From the IMG/VR virus record IMGVR_UViG_3300017716_002706, positions 1-37,099 of that record: a stretch of 37,099 nt of DNA, one strand, 5' to 3'. Both the position numbers and the translations under genes were made by a program. A model generated the notes under the pieces. That model saw nothing but the letters and a program-made list of their open reading frames with translations, did no database searches and was not told the DNA's origin. This stretch comes from a virus. Lineage: Duplodnaviria; Caudoviricetes. Shown in pieces: positions 16,616-26,110 of the stretch (position 1 is its first letter; every line of letters starts with the position of its first letter).

Positions 16616-16641
16616 GGGATCAGCCGGGGCTTCGTCATGAA

Positions 16642-17025
16642 TCAGCTCCGCAAGGGATGAGAAGGGTCGCGGGAGAAGTTCAGCAGCACACCGACGAAGG
16701 CGATCAGCCGCCAGAACAACGGCACGCCATCGACGCCCATGGCCTCGAAGAAGATCAGGTCGCCAAGCAGTTTAGACCGGCGTGGCTCCGACCGAAGCTG
16801 GTCGTGGACGATGCTTGCGCGGACCATCATGCCGACCGGCAAGACCCGCACCGCCCACCAGGGCACCGAGGGGCCGTCAGTCTCAAAGCCCACCGGGGCC
16901 GCGACCACCCAGCCGGAGCCGAGATAGTCGACTTCATAGGCCAGCGGTGTCGTCAGGCGCATGATCGGCCGACCGCGCCGCGTCTTCCCGGTGAAGGCGA
17001 ACGCGGCGTCGGTGAACCGGCTCAT
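16642..17025 (-). CDS. DUF1353 family protein
   Basis: PVGFETDGPSVP...ASIVHDQL...DLIFFEAM..GVP. Confidence 0.8.
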   Translation of the reverse strand: MSRFTDAAFAFTGKTRRGRPIMRLTTPLAYEVDYLGSGWVVAAPVGFETDGPSVPWWAVRVLPVGMMVRASIVHDQLRSEPRRSKLLGDLIFFEAMGVDGVPLFWRLIAFVGVLLNFSRDPSHPLRS

Positions 17026-17411
17026 GGCGCGGTGATGGTCTCGATCTGGGCCGGGGTGCAGCCGATGGCAGAGAGAACCATCAACAGGCCCTCATCGTCG
17101 AAATAGACGTTCGGCCAGTCCGGCGCGAACCAGCGGCCGAAGAAAATAGGATTGCTGTTCAAGGCGGTGAAAGCAGCCCCGAGCTTGCCGATGTCGTTCA
17201 TTCGCTCCTGAACGACCGACTTCGGAATGATCCGGCGGGGCGGTGTCGGTTGGGGAGGGGCGTGAAAGCCGTCGCCGTCATGGGTCCAGCCCGGCCCGAC
17301 AGAAACCGGGCAATCAATCACGTCGTAATCATCACCCGGCGTCCAGTTGGAGACACCGTCCCATTCGATGACGCTCTCGACGCGCCCGTCGCGGATCATG
17401 GCGTATCTCAT
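17022..17411 (-). CDS. Tail-fibre-associated/assembly protein (129 aa)
   Basis: MRYAMIRDGRVESVIEWDG...GPGWTHDGDGF pattern; follows the Gly-rich fibre gene. Confidence 0.6.
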   Translation of the reverse strand: MRYAMIRDGRVESVIEWDGVSNWTPGDDYDVIDCPVSVGPGWTHDGDGFHAPPQPTPPRRIIPKSVVQERMNDIGKLGAAFTALNSNPIFFGRWFAPDWPNVYFDDEGLLMVLSAIGCTPAQIETITAP

Positions 17412-18217
17412 CCCCAGACCTCCACGACCAGAACCCCGGCCCCGCCGGTTCCACCGGCCCCGCCCGCCGTGGTTCCACGACCGCCACCACCGCCGCCACC
17501 GCCATAGATGCCGCCGGTTCCGCCGTTGCCGCCCGTGGTTGACGAACCACTGCCACCACCGCCACCGCCAGCACCAGGGTTAGCCGCCGTCGTGCTGCCC
17601 GTTGCAGTCCCGCCGTTTACGCCTGCCGCGCCCGTAACACCCCCCGCACCGGGCGTTCCTGCCCAGCCGCCAGCGCCCGGGCCGCCGTTAAAGCCAACCT
17701 GGGCACCACCTTGGCCCCCAGAGCCCGCACCGGCACCACCTTGGCCTCGGGCACCATCGCCGTTTGCATTGCCCGGTGTCACCTGCCCGCCGGGGTATGT
17801 GCCACCCGCAGAGGCGTTGCTGGTGGAGACAGAGACAGCACCGTAGCCGCCTTGCGCAATAACGAGGGTTCCAAGCGAGGTCGGGCCGCCGCTCGTTCCG
17901 GTGCTGGTCCCCGCCGCGCCGCCCGCGCCACCACCGCCGATGGTTACGGTTTCGGTCGCGCCGAGATCAGCCAGCAAGACGCGCCAGACGACCGTCGCGC
18001 CACCGCCGCCACCACCGCCTCCAGCGCCTGTCGTTCCCCCACCGCCGCCGCCACCGCCGCCGATAGCCCGGACAACGGCGTATTTGCCGGAACCGGCCGC
18101 GACATTGCCCGCGTAGTCAGCAGGCTTGGTCCAGGTTCCCGATCCGGTGAAGGTCTGGCGGTCGAGGATCTGTCCGCCACCACCACCGCTGCTCAAAAAG
18201 GCGGCTAGTTCACTCAT
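17408..18217 (-). CDS. Glycine-rich tail fibre protein (269 aa)
   Basis: QTFTGSGTWTKP, IGGGGGGG, ETVTIGGGGAGG, GIYGGGGGGG and GGAGVLVVE. Confidence 0.8.
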   Translation of the reverse strand: MSELAAFLSSGGGGGQILDRQTFTGSGTWTKPADYAGNVAAGSGKYAVVRAIGGGGGGGGGTTGAGGGGGGGGATVVWRVLLADLGATETVTIGGGGAGGAAGTSTGTSGGPTSLGTLVIAQGGYGAVSVSTSNASAGGTYPGGQVTPGNANGDGARGQGGAGAGSGGQGGAQVGFNGGPGAGGWAGTPGAGGVTGAAGVNGGTATGSTTAANPGAGGGGGGSGSSTTGGNGGTGGIYGGGGGGGGRGTTAGGAGGTGGAGVLVVEVWG

Positions 18218-19080
18218 CCGGTCACCTTCCAGTTGCCGCTTGCGTAGGTCAGGCGGAAGAACCCGCCGCGCGTCCGGCAGGTCATGTTTTCAGCCACGCC
18301 GCCAAGGGTGCTGCCGTTCCGCCCGATGGTCAGATTGTTGCCCGCCCAGCCGGTCGAGGACGGCGTCACGCCTCCGTCTGCGATGAAGATTTCGTCCGCT
18401 TCAGTCGGGCTGGCCGGGAGCGTCAGCGTCCACGCCGAAGAGGTCGTGTCGGCGAAGATGCGATCTCCCGCCGCCGCCGTGTAGGTCGTGGTTTTGATCG
18501 CCCAATCGACCAGCGGCCACTGCCATGAGGCGGTCGTTCCGTTGCTTTTGACGGCCTTCCTGACCGAAGATGCGCCTTGGGCCGGAAGCTCAACCGCGTT
18601 GAACGCCAGCGCGTCGGCATAAGCCTTGTTGACGGCATCGGTCGTCGCGGTCGGCGTCGCGAGATTCTGGAGCCTGTTTCCGCCCATGTTGCGGAGGTCG
18701 AACCGCCAAATCGTCGTGCCGTTCGTGATGACGAAGACGACCTCATTCGCATAGACCGTCACCGAGGACGATCCATTGGTGATGACGTGATCCGCGTTGG
18801 TCGCGCCGTTGCGGACGATGTAGAGCTTCTCCAGCGCCGGAATGGTGACCGTCGCCGCCGTGGACGCCGTGATGTTCAGGATGCGCGCGCGGGCCTGATC
18901 CGTCGTCCCGTTTGCCGTGGTCAGCGTGGTTGCGCCAGCCGCCGAGATCGTGGTGATGCCGTCAGCGGCAAAGTCGATCAAGTCGAGGGCACCCGCATTG
19001 AGCAGAGCGCCCCAGGTGTTGGTATTTTCCCCAGTGGCCTGTTTGTTCAGGCGATTGCGCGTGGTAAATGTGCTGGGCAT
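18214..19080 (-). CDS. Tail fibre protein (288 aa)
   Basis: Thr-rich; GENTNTWG N-terminus; NLATPTATTDAVNKAYAD and DTTSSAWTLTLPASP fibre motifs. Confidence 0.75.
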   Translation of the reverse strand: MPSTFTTRNRLNKQATGENTNTWGALLNAGALDLIDFAADGITTISAAGATTLTTANGTTDQARARILNITASTAATVTIPALEKLYIVRNGATNADHVITNGSSSVTVYANEVVFVITNGTTIWRFDLRNMGGNRLQNLATPTATTDAVNKAYADALAFNAVELPAQGASSVRKAVKSNGTTASWQWPLVDWAIKTTTYTAAAGDRIFADTTSSAWTLTLPASPTEADEIFIADGGVTPSSTGWAGNNLTIGRNGSTLGGVAENMTCRTRGGFFRLTYASGNWKVTG

Positions 19081-19319
19081 TAAAGGGTCGTCCCCGCATA
19101 GTTGATCCAGACGCCGTCCAGCGCGTAGGCAATGCCCTTGGTCCCGCCGCCTATGTTGCGGACCAGAACCGGGCGGCCCTGCCATTGTGTGGCGTTGGGC
19201 AAGTCAGCCACCGTTGCCACGACCCTGATCCGAACGGACAGGAGGTTGTCGAAGGCGCTCTGGACAGCGTTGGCGAAGTTCAGGACCGGGCCGGTCAGGC
19301 CGGAGAAGGCGAGTTTCAT
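19080..19319 (-). CDS. Small virion-associated hypothetical protein (79 aa)
   Basis: Translationally coupled on both sides; VATVADLP motif. Confidence 0.7.
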   Translation of the reverse strand: MKLAFSGLTGPVLNFANAVQSAFDNLLSVRIRVVATVADLPNATQWQGRPVLVRNIGGGTKGIAYALDGVWINYAGTTL

Positions 19320-19948
19320 CGTCCCGTCAACCAGTCCCAGCCCTCGCGGGGACGGGGGAGGTCGGTAGAAAGGCTCGCCAGCGAACGGCTGCGCGATTCC
19401 TTGTCGGTCACCTCGGAGATCGCCTTTTCAAGACGCGCCGACATGACCGCCAACAGATTGTCGTCGCGCAAATAGGGCGCGGCCTCGACCAGGGTGGCGA
19501 ACAAATAGACGTCGGGGTGATTGGTCAGGAGCCAGTTGGTCGGCGCTGCATCCGACAGCGCGAAGCCCTGCACATAGCGGAAGACCAGCGAATAAATCGC
19601 ATCGGCCGGGCGCTCGAACACGATGGTCTCATCGACAGCCCAATATTCGGGGCGGCCTGCCGTCGTGCAAATCTCCATTGTTTCGGGCAGGCGGAAAATC
19701 AGGGGGACGCGGTCGGTGTCCAGCCTCCAGAGCGCAATGGGCTCGATGAAGGCGGTCGGGAGCGCCACGGTGCGGCTGCTAACCGTCGTTGAAAGGCTGG
19801 CTTCCTGCGTCATGACGCGCAGGTTCAGGCGGCGGTTCAGCGCGCTTTCAGCCAGGGTGATGAAGTCGGGGATCTGGGTCGTCAGGTCTGAGCGGTTCAG
19901 CCACGAGGCCACCGCCGTCTGGAGCTGGGCATAGGTCGAAATGGCCAT
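19316..19948 (-). CDS. Head-tail adaptor (tail tubular protein A-like)
   Basis: MAISTYAQLQTAVASWLNRSDL...FITLAE...TNWLLTNHPDVYLFATL; GGAGG RBS. Confidence 0.8.
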   Translation of the reverse strand: MAISTYAQLQTAVASWLNRSDLTTQIPDFITLAESALNRRLNLRVMTQEASLSTTVSSRTVALPTAFIEPIALWRLDTDRVPLIFRLPETMEICTTAGRPEYWAVDETIVFERPADAIYSLVFRYVQGFALSDAAPTNWLLTNHPDVYLFATLVEAAPYLRDDNLLAVMSARLEKAISEVTDKESRSRSLASLSTDLPRPREGWDWLTGR

Positions 19949-19962
19949 ACTCTGCCCTCCGC

Positions 19963-19994
19963 GAAAGAGAAACGGGCGACCCGAAGGCCGCCCG
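19963..19994 (-). terminator. Intrinsic terminator after the head genes
   Basis: - strand CGGGCGGC-CTTCGG-GTCGCCCG-TTTCTCTTTC (cUUCGg tetraloop plus U-tract). Confidence 0.9.
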
Positions 19995-20006
19995 CTGTAG
20001 TCACGC

Positions 20007-20252
20007 TTAAGGAGCGATCAGGCCCTTGAGCTTCAGGTGCGCATCCACCGCCCTGATCCACGTCACGATGGCGTCAGCCTGCGTTTGCGAATAGCCGAAC
20101 GGCGTGGTCGAGGTGGCGGCAGTCGCGGCCGGGGCCGTGGTCTGCGCCATTTGAGCGATAGGCGTGACCCCGTGGAACGAGATCAGGTCCGCCGCCGACT
20201 GGCCAAACGAGTTGCCGTCCGGTTCGCCGTTCGAGATTTGGTTGATAGCCAT
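20007..20252 (-). CDS. Putative head decoration/head fibre protein (81 aa)
   Basis: AAGGAGG RBS; lies between the capsid gene and its terminator. Confidence 0.65.
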   Translation of the reverse strand: MAINQISNGEPDGNSFGQSAADLISFHGVTPIAQMAQTTAPAATAATSTTPFGYSQTQADAIVTWIRAVDAHLKLKGLIAP

Positions 20253-20264
20253 ACTCAGGCCTCC

Positions 20265-21446
20265 TTAGTTGTGGTGAAGACGAACGGCCTGAGACGCGCG
20301 GAGCGTCTTGTAGCCATAGAGGACGTCGATGCGGCACGGCAGGTTGTCGTTGTTGATGTCGTAGGCACGGACAATCCGCATCGAGATGCCGTCGAAGACC
20401 TCGCGGGCCGCGAAATCCACGCCCTTGGGCATGATCAGGTCGGCGGTCGCGAAGGTGAAAGCATCCTTGTGATACAGCAGCGAGGTGACGTCCTCGCCCG
20501 AAGCCGTGCCGAGGAAGATCACGGCCTTGGATGCGCCCGGCGACACGATAGTGACGTTCTGGCGCGGTCCCGAGGTGATCGGGGTCGGCGAAACGGCTTG
20601 CGCCGTGGTGCCGGCCGCAGTCACGACGAACTGTTGCAGGATGCCGGTGGAGAGCTTCGTTTCCGGGTGAACGCGGAACACGCCATCGACGGTGAAGATG
20701 TCGCCAACAGCGCTGGAACCCGAACCCGCCGACAGGGTGATCGTCGCCGTGCCCGAGGTGATGCCGGTCGAGGTGTTGCAGACGTAAGAGGCGTTTGCAG
20801 CGCCGCGCGTGTTGTTCGGCAGCAGGGTCGATTCCATGTAGTCGAAACCACCCTGGCGACCGACGAAGCCTTCCTTGTATTGCTTGGAAATCTCCGGGTT
20901 CGGGTTGAACAGGGTCGAGCCCGAAGTGATGATGTCCTGCATGTCCAGCGTGTTCAGCAGGGCGGTGCGATCCGACAGGGGCGCGAGGCTGTTCTGAAGG
21001 ATGGTGCGGGCCTGCGCGACACGGGCGAGGGTGAGGGCCGAACCGGAGTTCCAGACGGCCTGGTTCACGTCCCGATACATGGTCAGCGCATCGGCTTCGA
21101 TGGACGCCGCCAGAACCGACATGGCCGGTTCCAGAATGCGCTTGGAGAAGTCGTCGATGGACAGGGTCAGGTCAGCGGAGTTGAACTGGGTGTCAACGCC
21201 GCGTTGGGTCGCGACTTGCAGGGAGACCGAGGTTTCCTGCGTGTCCTCGACATTGAGGACGCGGCCGGTGCGAACGACATACTCGTTCGGCAGGCGGATG
21301 CGGAGCGTGTCGCCGATCTTGCCGCCGGTCTTGGCGAAGCTGTCGTCGTATTGACGATTGATCGACCCGACGAAGCTCAGCTTCTGGTGAAGGATTCGGA
21401 GAGCCTCCCGCGTCACAGCGGTTGGCGTAAGGATGGAATTGGCCAT
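20265..21446 (-). CDS. Major capsid protein, P22 coat protein family
   Basis: MANSILTP...KIGDTLRIRLP...YHKDAFTFATADL...RIDVLYG. Confidence 0.92.
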   Translation of the reverse strand: MANSILTPTAVTREALRILHQKLSFVGSINRQYDDSFAKTGGKIGDTLRIRLPNEYVVRTGRVLNVEDTQETSVSLQVATQRGVDTQFNSADLTLSIDDFSKRILEPAMSVLAASIEADALTMYRDVNQAVWNSGSALTLARVAQARTILQNSLAPLSDRTALLNTLDMQDIITSGSTLFNPNPEISKQYKEGFVGRQGGFDYMESTLLPNNTRGAANASYVCNTSTGITSGTATITLSAGSGSSAVGDIFTVDGVFRVHPETKLSTGILQQFVVTAAGTTAQAVSPTPITSGPRQNVTIVSPGASKAVIFLGTASGEDVTSLLYHKDAFTFATADLIMPKGVDFAAREVFDGISMRIVRAYDINNDNLPCRIDVLYGYKTLRASQAVRLHHN

Positions 21447-22331
21447 TTATCGAGCCTTTCGGACTTGCGCGTTTCTGAAGCGCATCCACTCGTCAGTGCT
21501 CATTCGCTCGGGGCTCTTGGCCGCTGGAGCAGAACCGGACACCTTGACGGCAGGCTGGATGGCCTGCTGCTTGACAAGCTTTTGCGTGGTGGATTGGCGG
21601 GTGAGGGCTTGCTGACCGATGGCAGCCAGGTGCAGGACGCGGATCGAACGCGGGTCGGCTTCAGCTTGTCGGATTTCGTCCGGGCTGAAGCCGAGCGGTT
21701 CGGCAAACGCGACCAGCTCGTCTAGCTTTGCGGGGCTGTAGCCCTTGATGTGTTTTGCGAGTTCAGCCCGGCCCGCTTCGATGGCTTCGACGGTTTCCCG
21801 TTGCTCATCGAACGCGCGTTGCTGAACCTTCTGGCCAAGGGAGTGCGCGAACTGATCGCGCTCGTTCACCATCGCCTGATATTCGACGTAGTCGGCCTGC
21901 GCCGCCGCACCGCCTTGACGGAGATACGAGGGCCAGTCCTGAACCTGAGCGAAAGGCGTGAGCCTCGCGTTCAGGGCACCCAGTTGCGCGATGTCGTTCG
22001 CGAACTCGGCTTGCCTTTGCGCCGTCTTCTGAACAGCCTCATCCCGCGCGGCGATTGCCTTGCGGACTTCGGCCATTTCCTGGGTCTTGCGCGTGAACTC
22101 GGCCTTGATCATCAGGCCGTCTTTGACCTCGGCGGGGACGCGATACGTCTTGCCGTCGGCGGCCTCATATTCGACCAGACCGTCGTCGGCCTCGTCGTCG
22201 GATTCCTGATCGTCTGCCTCGTCGATCTCCTCGCGGTCCTGATCATCCGTTTCCGGGTTCAGGTCGGGGAGGTCGGCAGGCATGGCAACGGGTTCCGCCA
22301 AGGCGGAATCGTCCGTGAGAACGTCGGTCAT
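21447..22331 (-). CDS. Scaffolding protein
   Basis: Acidic N-terminus, FTRKTQE motif, MSTDEWMRFRN C-terminus; lies between portal and coat. Confidence 0.85.
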   Translation of the reverse strand: MTDVLTDDSALAEPVAMPADLPDLNPETDDQDREEIDEADDQESDDEADDGLVEYEAADGKTYRVPAEVKDGLMIKAEFTRKTQEMAEVRKAIAARDEAVQKTAQRQAEFANDIAQLGALNARLTPFAQVQDWPSYLRQGGAAAQADYVEYQAMVNERDQFAHSLGQKVQQRAFDEQRETVEAIEAGRAELAKHIKGYSPAKLDELVAFAEPLGFSPDEIRQAEADPRSIRVLHLAAIGQQALTRQSTTQKLVKQQAIQPAVKVSGSAPAAKSPERMSTDEWMRFRNAQVRKAR

Positions 22332-22344
22332 GGTTTCCTGGGGG

Positions 22345-24276
22345 TTAAAAGCCCTGTTGGGCGGGCATCCGCGGCAACCGGGTTGGCTGCTGGATATCGT
22401 GGACGGTCTTCATGCGCTGGGTCTCAGCGTTGAAACCGTCGATCCGGAGTTTCTCTTGTTCCAGCGAGGCGTCCATCTGGAGCTTCTGCTGGTCGAGTTG
22501 GAACTTCGCCATCTGCGCCGGATCGACTGGCGACTGTTGGGGCTGTTGGGGCTGTTGCGGTGCGCCCTGCTGCTGACCGCCGAACCGTTGATCGAACAGA
22601 CCCTTGAGCCGTTCCGCAATCTCGTCGGCCATCGGCCAGTCCTGCGCCTTGACGAACAGGTCACCGATGACCTCAGCCGCCGGCGGATAGGCCCTGAACA
22701 GTTCCTGCATCTGTGCCGCCGCTTCCTGACGGCGCGTGGTGAAGGAGGGTCCGGTCTGGACGGTCAGGTCGTATTTCCCGGCGTTGAGCGAGTATATCTT
22801 GATGATCTCGCCGCGCTGGTTCTGCATCTCGCCCGCCTCTTGCCCGATCCGAACCGTTTCGGGTTCTTCCTCGGGGCCAAGGGTGCGGATGACCCGGTCG
22901 GTCGAGTAGACCTTGGGGATCAGGTCGATCAGGACGCGCCCGGCGTGACGGATCGCGCGGGACAGGTTGTCGATGAAGTGGAAGGTCGAAACGTCGCCTT
23001 CCCTTTGACGGGCCATGATGGCAACGCCGGAGGTCTCATTCGACCGTGCGCCCAGTGAGGCATCATGCAGGCCGACGATGGCCTTGATGTCGTCGGAGGC
23101 GTTCAGGGCCTCTTGCAGGGCACCGGCGGGCACTCCCGCAAACGGCTGGCGCTGGGGAGGGGTGCCGCCGTCATATTCGATATAGGCGTGGCTCGAGGTG
23201 TTGGCGGTCGCCCACTTCTCGAAGTCCGTGACGAACGCGCCCTTGGGTCCGATGAACGGCGTCTTGGGTGCCAGGGCCACAAGCTCGGTCGAGGCCGTGC
23301 GCCAATAGTTGAACATCCGCTGCGGGTCTTTGGCGTCCCGCACCATCGATCGGAAGAACCGCTTGCCCTCGACGTTCACTTCGTCGCCGTAGACGGGGAT
23401 GATCGGGATGTATTTCCCCGGCCAGTCAATCGTCGTCAGGATTTCGCCGCCGGTCATGCAACGTTGGATGACCTTGTGGCCCCGGACCTCGCGGGGCTCC
23501 CCGACGACCTCTAGCCCAAGCTCCGCAAACTGGTCCGCGTTGGCCTCGAACACCTTCAGATCGACCACTTCCCCGTTGGAAAGCTGCACGATCTGTTTCT
23601 TGACCTCCTCGCGGGTCCACCACTCGCAGACCATGACCTGCTCGTCGTCGATCCACGGCGTGCCCAAACCGACGTAGCCGTCAGCCGACCAGTCAACGGG
23701 TTCGGAGCCTTTGTATTTACGCTCGAACGCATCCTTGGACATGGTCTCGACGATGAAGGCGTTGTCCCAGTCGGAACTGTCCGCCGCCGTCGAATAGGGG
23801 TCGCCGAACACCGAGAACGGGTTGGCGATGCGCTCGATCACCAGATCCTGGTCGAACGTGTCTTCGTCCGAATAGCGGGTGTTGATCCGGAAATAACCGA
23901 AGCCGCCGGTCACCGCGCTTTCAAGCGCCGTATCGAACGCCACGTCAGCGTCGGACGTCACCTCGATGTTGCGGATCAGGCCGTTGAAGATTTCCGCCGT
24001 TTCGGGATCAGCACTGTCGTCGGCCGGGTGGACCTTGATCGCAGGCTTGTTCTGGCGCGCGTCGTTCACGACCTGACGGATGAAGGCGGGCAGGCGATTG
24101 ATGGTCAGGCACGGCCGACCCTCCAGCTTGCGGGCCTGGATCACCTCGTCGGGCCATTGCTCACCGAGCCGGGCGAACTTGAGGTCGTCCAGCGCGTCCT
24201 GCCGGTTTTCGTTCTCGACCTCCGAGGCCAGATCAAACAGGCGGCGGGCTTCAATGAGCAGATCGTCGTCGGCCAT
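22345..24276 (-). CDS. Portal protein, P22-like (643 aa)
   Basis: GEQWP...RPCLTINRL, WPGKYIPIIPVYG, AKDPQRMFNYW and NETSGVAI; Gln-rich barrel-like C-terminus. Confidence 0.92.
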   Translation of the reverse strand: MADDDLLIEARRLFDLASEVENENRQDALDDLKFARLGEQWPDEVIQARKLEGRPCLTINRLPAFIRQVVNDARQNKPAIKVHPADDSADPETAEIFNGLIRNIEVTSDADVAFDTALESAVTGGFGYFRINTRYSDEDTFDQDLVIERIANPFSVFGDPYSTAADSSDWDNAFIVETMSKDAFERKYKGSEPVDWSADGYVGLGTPWIDDEQVMVCEWWTREEVKKQIVQLSNGEVVDLKVFEANADQFAELGLEVVGEPREVRGHKVIQRCMTGGEILTTIDWPGKYIPIIPVYGDEVNVEGKRFFRSMVRDAKDPQRMFNYWRTASTELVALAPKTPFIGPKGAFVTDFEKWATANTSSHAYIEYDGGTPPQRQPFAGVPAGALQEALNASDDIKAIVGLHDASLGARSNETSGVAIMARQREGDVSTFHFIDNLSRAIRHAGRVLIDLIPKVYSTDRVIRTLGPEEEPETVRIGQEAGEMQNQRGEIIKIYSLNAGKYDLTVQTGPSFTTRRQEAAAQMQELFRAYPPAAEVIGDLFVKAQDWPMADEIAERLKGLFDQRFGGQQQGAPQQPQQPQQSPVDPAQMAKFQLDQQKLQMDASLEQEKLRIDGFNAETQRMKTVHDIQQPTRLPRMPAQQGF

Positions 24277-24278
24277 GC

Positions 24279-25547
24279 TCACCCCATCCATGACACAGGC
24301 CGGGCCTGCTGCGACTTGCGCGCGATTGTCGGCTCTTCGTAGGCGACACACATCAGGCCGAAGGCGTCGGCCGGGTCAGACGCCCAGTCGTGCATTGGCC
24401 CAAGACCGATGTTGCGGTTTTCGTCGCGCTTCTCGTGATAGGCGGCGAGCGCCTTGATGCCCGCCGCAACCGGAGGCGTGTCGTTGAACCAGATCGACGG
24501 GAACAGCCTGCGAGAGGCTTCCACCCGCTCAAGCGCCGCGCCCTTGCCCTGGTTGGGGATCGTGCGGACCTCAAAGCCCGCCGCTCTCAGTATCTCCTCG
24601 GCCGATCCTATGGCCGTCACCCGCTGTTGCGCCCCGTCGTGGGGTAACTCTTGCAACGCGTCGCCCCAGCCCAGCGAACGAAGCTGTTCGATGTAATAGG
24701 CCATCTGCTGACCGCGACCCTCGATGTAGTCGAGAACCCTGATCTCGCGCCCGACGAACTGGGCAATCCAGATGCTCGTTGCGTCGCGGTATCCCAAATC
24801 CCAGAACGCCCGCACACGGAGCACCGGGTCTCTGGCGAGCGATGTAATCCGCCCTTCCTCGCGCACCTTGGCGAGCTGCTTGACGTAATACGAACCCTCG
24901 ACCGCCGAGACATACCCGCCGCCCCAGACATGGGCAGCAGCAGCCGGGTCGATCTTGTAATCATGCTCCATTTCCGCCTGGAGCGGCGTTCCCGCGAACC
25001 ACGGGTTATCCTTGAAGCTGACCTCGCGGACGATGCTGTTGGGCGGCGCTCCACCGGGGCCACGGAACAGCTTGTCAATCGGGTCGTGGTCGAACTCGGG
25101 GTTCCACGTCCAGATCATCCGCGAGCCGGGCTTTCGCATGGTCGGACGGATCAGGCGAATGGAACGGGACGAGAAGCGGTTGGCCTCCTCGCCCCAGAAC
25201 ACGTCCGCGCCCTCAAGCGACTTCAACGCGTCGGGGTTTCGCCACATACCCTTATAGACGAACTTCCCGCCATTCTTGGCGCGGGTCTCATCCCTCAGCG
25301 CCTCGAAATGATCCTGAAGGCCGTAGTCGCTGATCTTGTCCTCGATCAGTTGCTTGACCGAGTCCTTCAGGCTTTCCTGAATCTCACGGGCGCAGACGAC
25401 ACGGAGCGGGTTTGCCGCAGCCTGGATCACAAGAGCGCCGGCCACCGAATGAGACTTGGCCCCGCCGCGACCGCCGTAATATGCAGCGTCGCGCCAGCCC
25501 GGTTGAAACAGTTCCTTGAACGCGCCGGGGATCTGAACGTCAGACAA
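24279..25547 (-). CDS. terL: Terminase large subunit
   Basis: Walker A YGGRGGAKS, Walker B FWGEEA, TWNP, nuclease WDLG..D and HDWASDPADAF; TTG start. Confidence 0.93.
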   Translation of the reverse strand: MSDVQIPGAFKELFQPGWRDAAYYGGRGGAKSHSVAGALVIQAAANPLRVVCAREIQESLKDSVKQLIEDKISDYGLQDHFEALRDETRAKNGGKFVYKGMWRNPDALKSLEGADVFWGEEANRFSSRSIRLIRPTMRKPGSRMIWTWNPEFDHDPIDKLFRGPGGAPPNSIVREVSFKDNPWFAGTPLQAEMEHDYKIDPAAAAHVWGGGYVSAVEGSYYVKQLAKVREEGRITSLARDPVLRVRAFWDLGYRDATSIWIAQFVGREIRVLDYIEGRGQQMAYYIEQLRSLGWGDALQELPHDGAQQRVTAIGSAEEILRAAGFEVRTIPNQGKGAALERVEASRRLFPSIWFNDTPPVAAGIKALAAYHEKRDENRNIGLGPMHDWASDPADAFGLMCVAYEEPTIARKSQQARPVSWMG

Positions 25548-25800
25548 ACGAAACGGTCAGTTTGTGCTTGATGGCCGGGTCGTCCTCGGTGCCGCCGATG
25601 ATGGCTTGCGCCGACTTGCCGAAGCCTCGGTCGAGAATCTCCTTGATCGCGGCGACCCTGGCGGCCTCGCTTTCTGCGGAAACGGAAAGGCGGGCCAGCT
25701 CAGTGATGGCTGATGCGGCATGAACGCGAGCCAGCGCCTTGACGTCGGCCGTGGCTTTGTTCGGCGTGCCTTTCTGGCGTCCGCCTAGTCTAACGCCCAT
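25540..25800 (-). CDS. terS: Terminase small subunit (86 aa)
   Basis: GGRQKGTPNK...ARVAAIKEILDRGFGK; directly upstream of terL. Confidence 0.75.
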   Translation of the reverse strand: MGVRLGGRQKGTPNKATADVKALARVHAASAITELARLSVSAESEAARVAAIKEILDRGFGKSAQAIIGGTEDDPAIKHKLTVSFV

Positions 25801-25874
25801 TGGCTATTCGGGGCTAAAATAGCGCCCGCCCCTGTTCCGGGTCCATGCGGATCGTCCGGTTGTGGTGTGTGGTG

Positions 25875-25946
25875 TCAGGCCTTCGCCCCAGCGGCGCGAT
25901 AGAGTGCGTCGGCAATGCGGATGACGGCTTTCCAGACGTGGGTCAT
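25875..25946 (-). CDS. Possible 23-aa amphipathic peptide
   Basis: MTHVWKAVIRIADALYRAAGAKA* in the late leader; weak RBS. Confidence 0.35.
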   Translation of the reverse strand: MTHVWKAVIRIADALYRAAGAKA

Positions 25947-26076
25947 GGGCGTCTCGCTTGAACCGTGCGGGTCGTTCCGGGTCTAGCCCCTTGCCTCAGC
26001 GTGGGACGTAGCCGAAGTGACGAAGGCACCGCCGCAAGGGTGGAGCCTTCTCTGGACGCGCTTCGCGACCTTGCCG

Positions 26077-26106
26077 ATTTGTCCCCTTATTCGTGGCCAC
26101 GGTCAA
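26077..26106 (-). promoter_or_regulatory. Candidate late promoter (pR'-like position)
   Basis: - strand TTGACC-N17-GACAAA immediately after the stop of 26111-26704 and upstream of the packaging genes; the -10 is weak. Confidence 0.4.
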
Positions 26107-26110
26107 GCCC

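Noticed and set aside
17408-18217. ccgccgcca-type repeats as a separate DNA repeat element
   Set aside because: Explained by poly-Gly coding in the glycine-rich fibre protein.
20037-21725. 562-aa plus-strand ORF opposite the capsid gene, and similar long antisense ORFs at 7268-8740, 15137-16342, 27594-28886 and 33614-34990
   Set aside because: Each mirrors a well-supported gene on the other strand and lacks motifs of its own.
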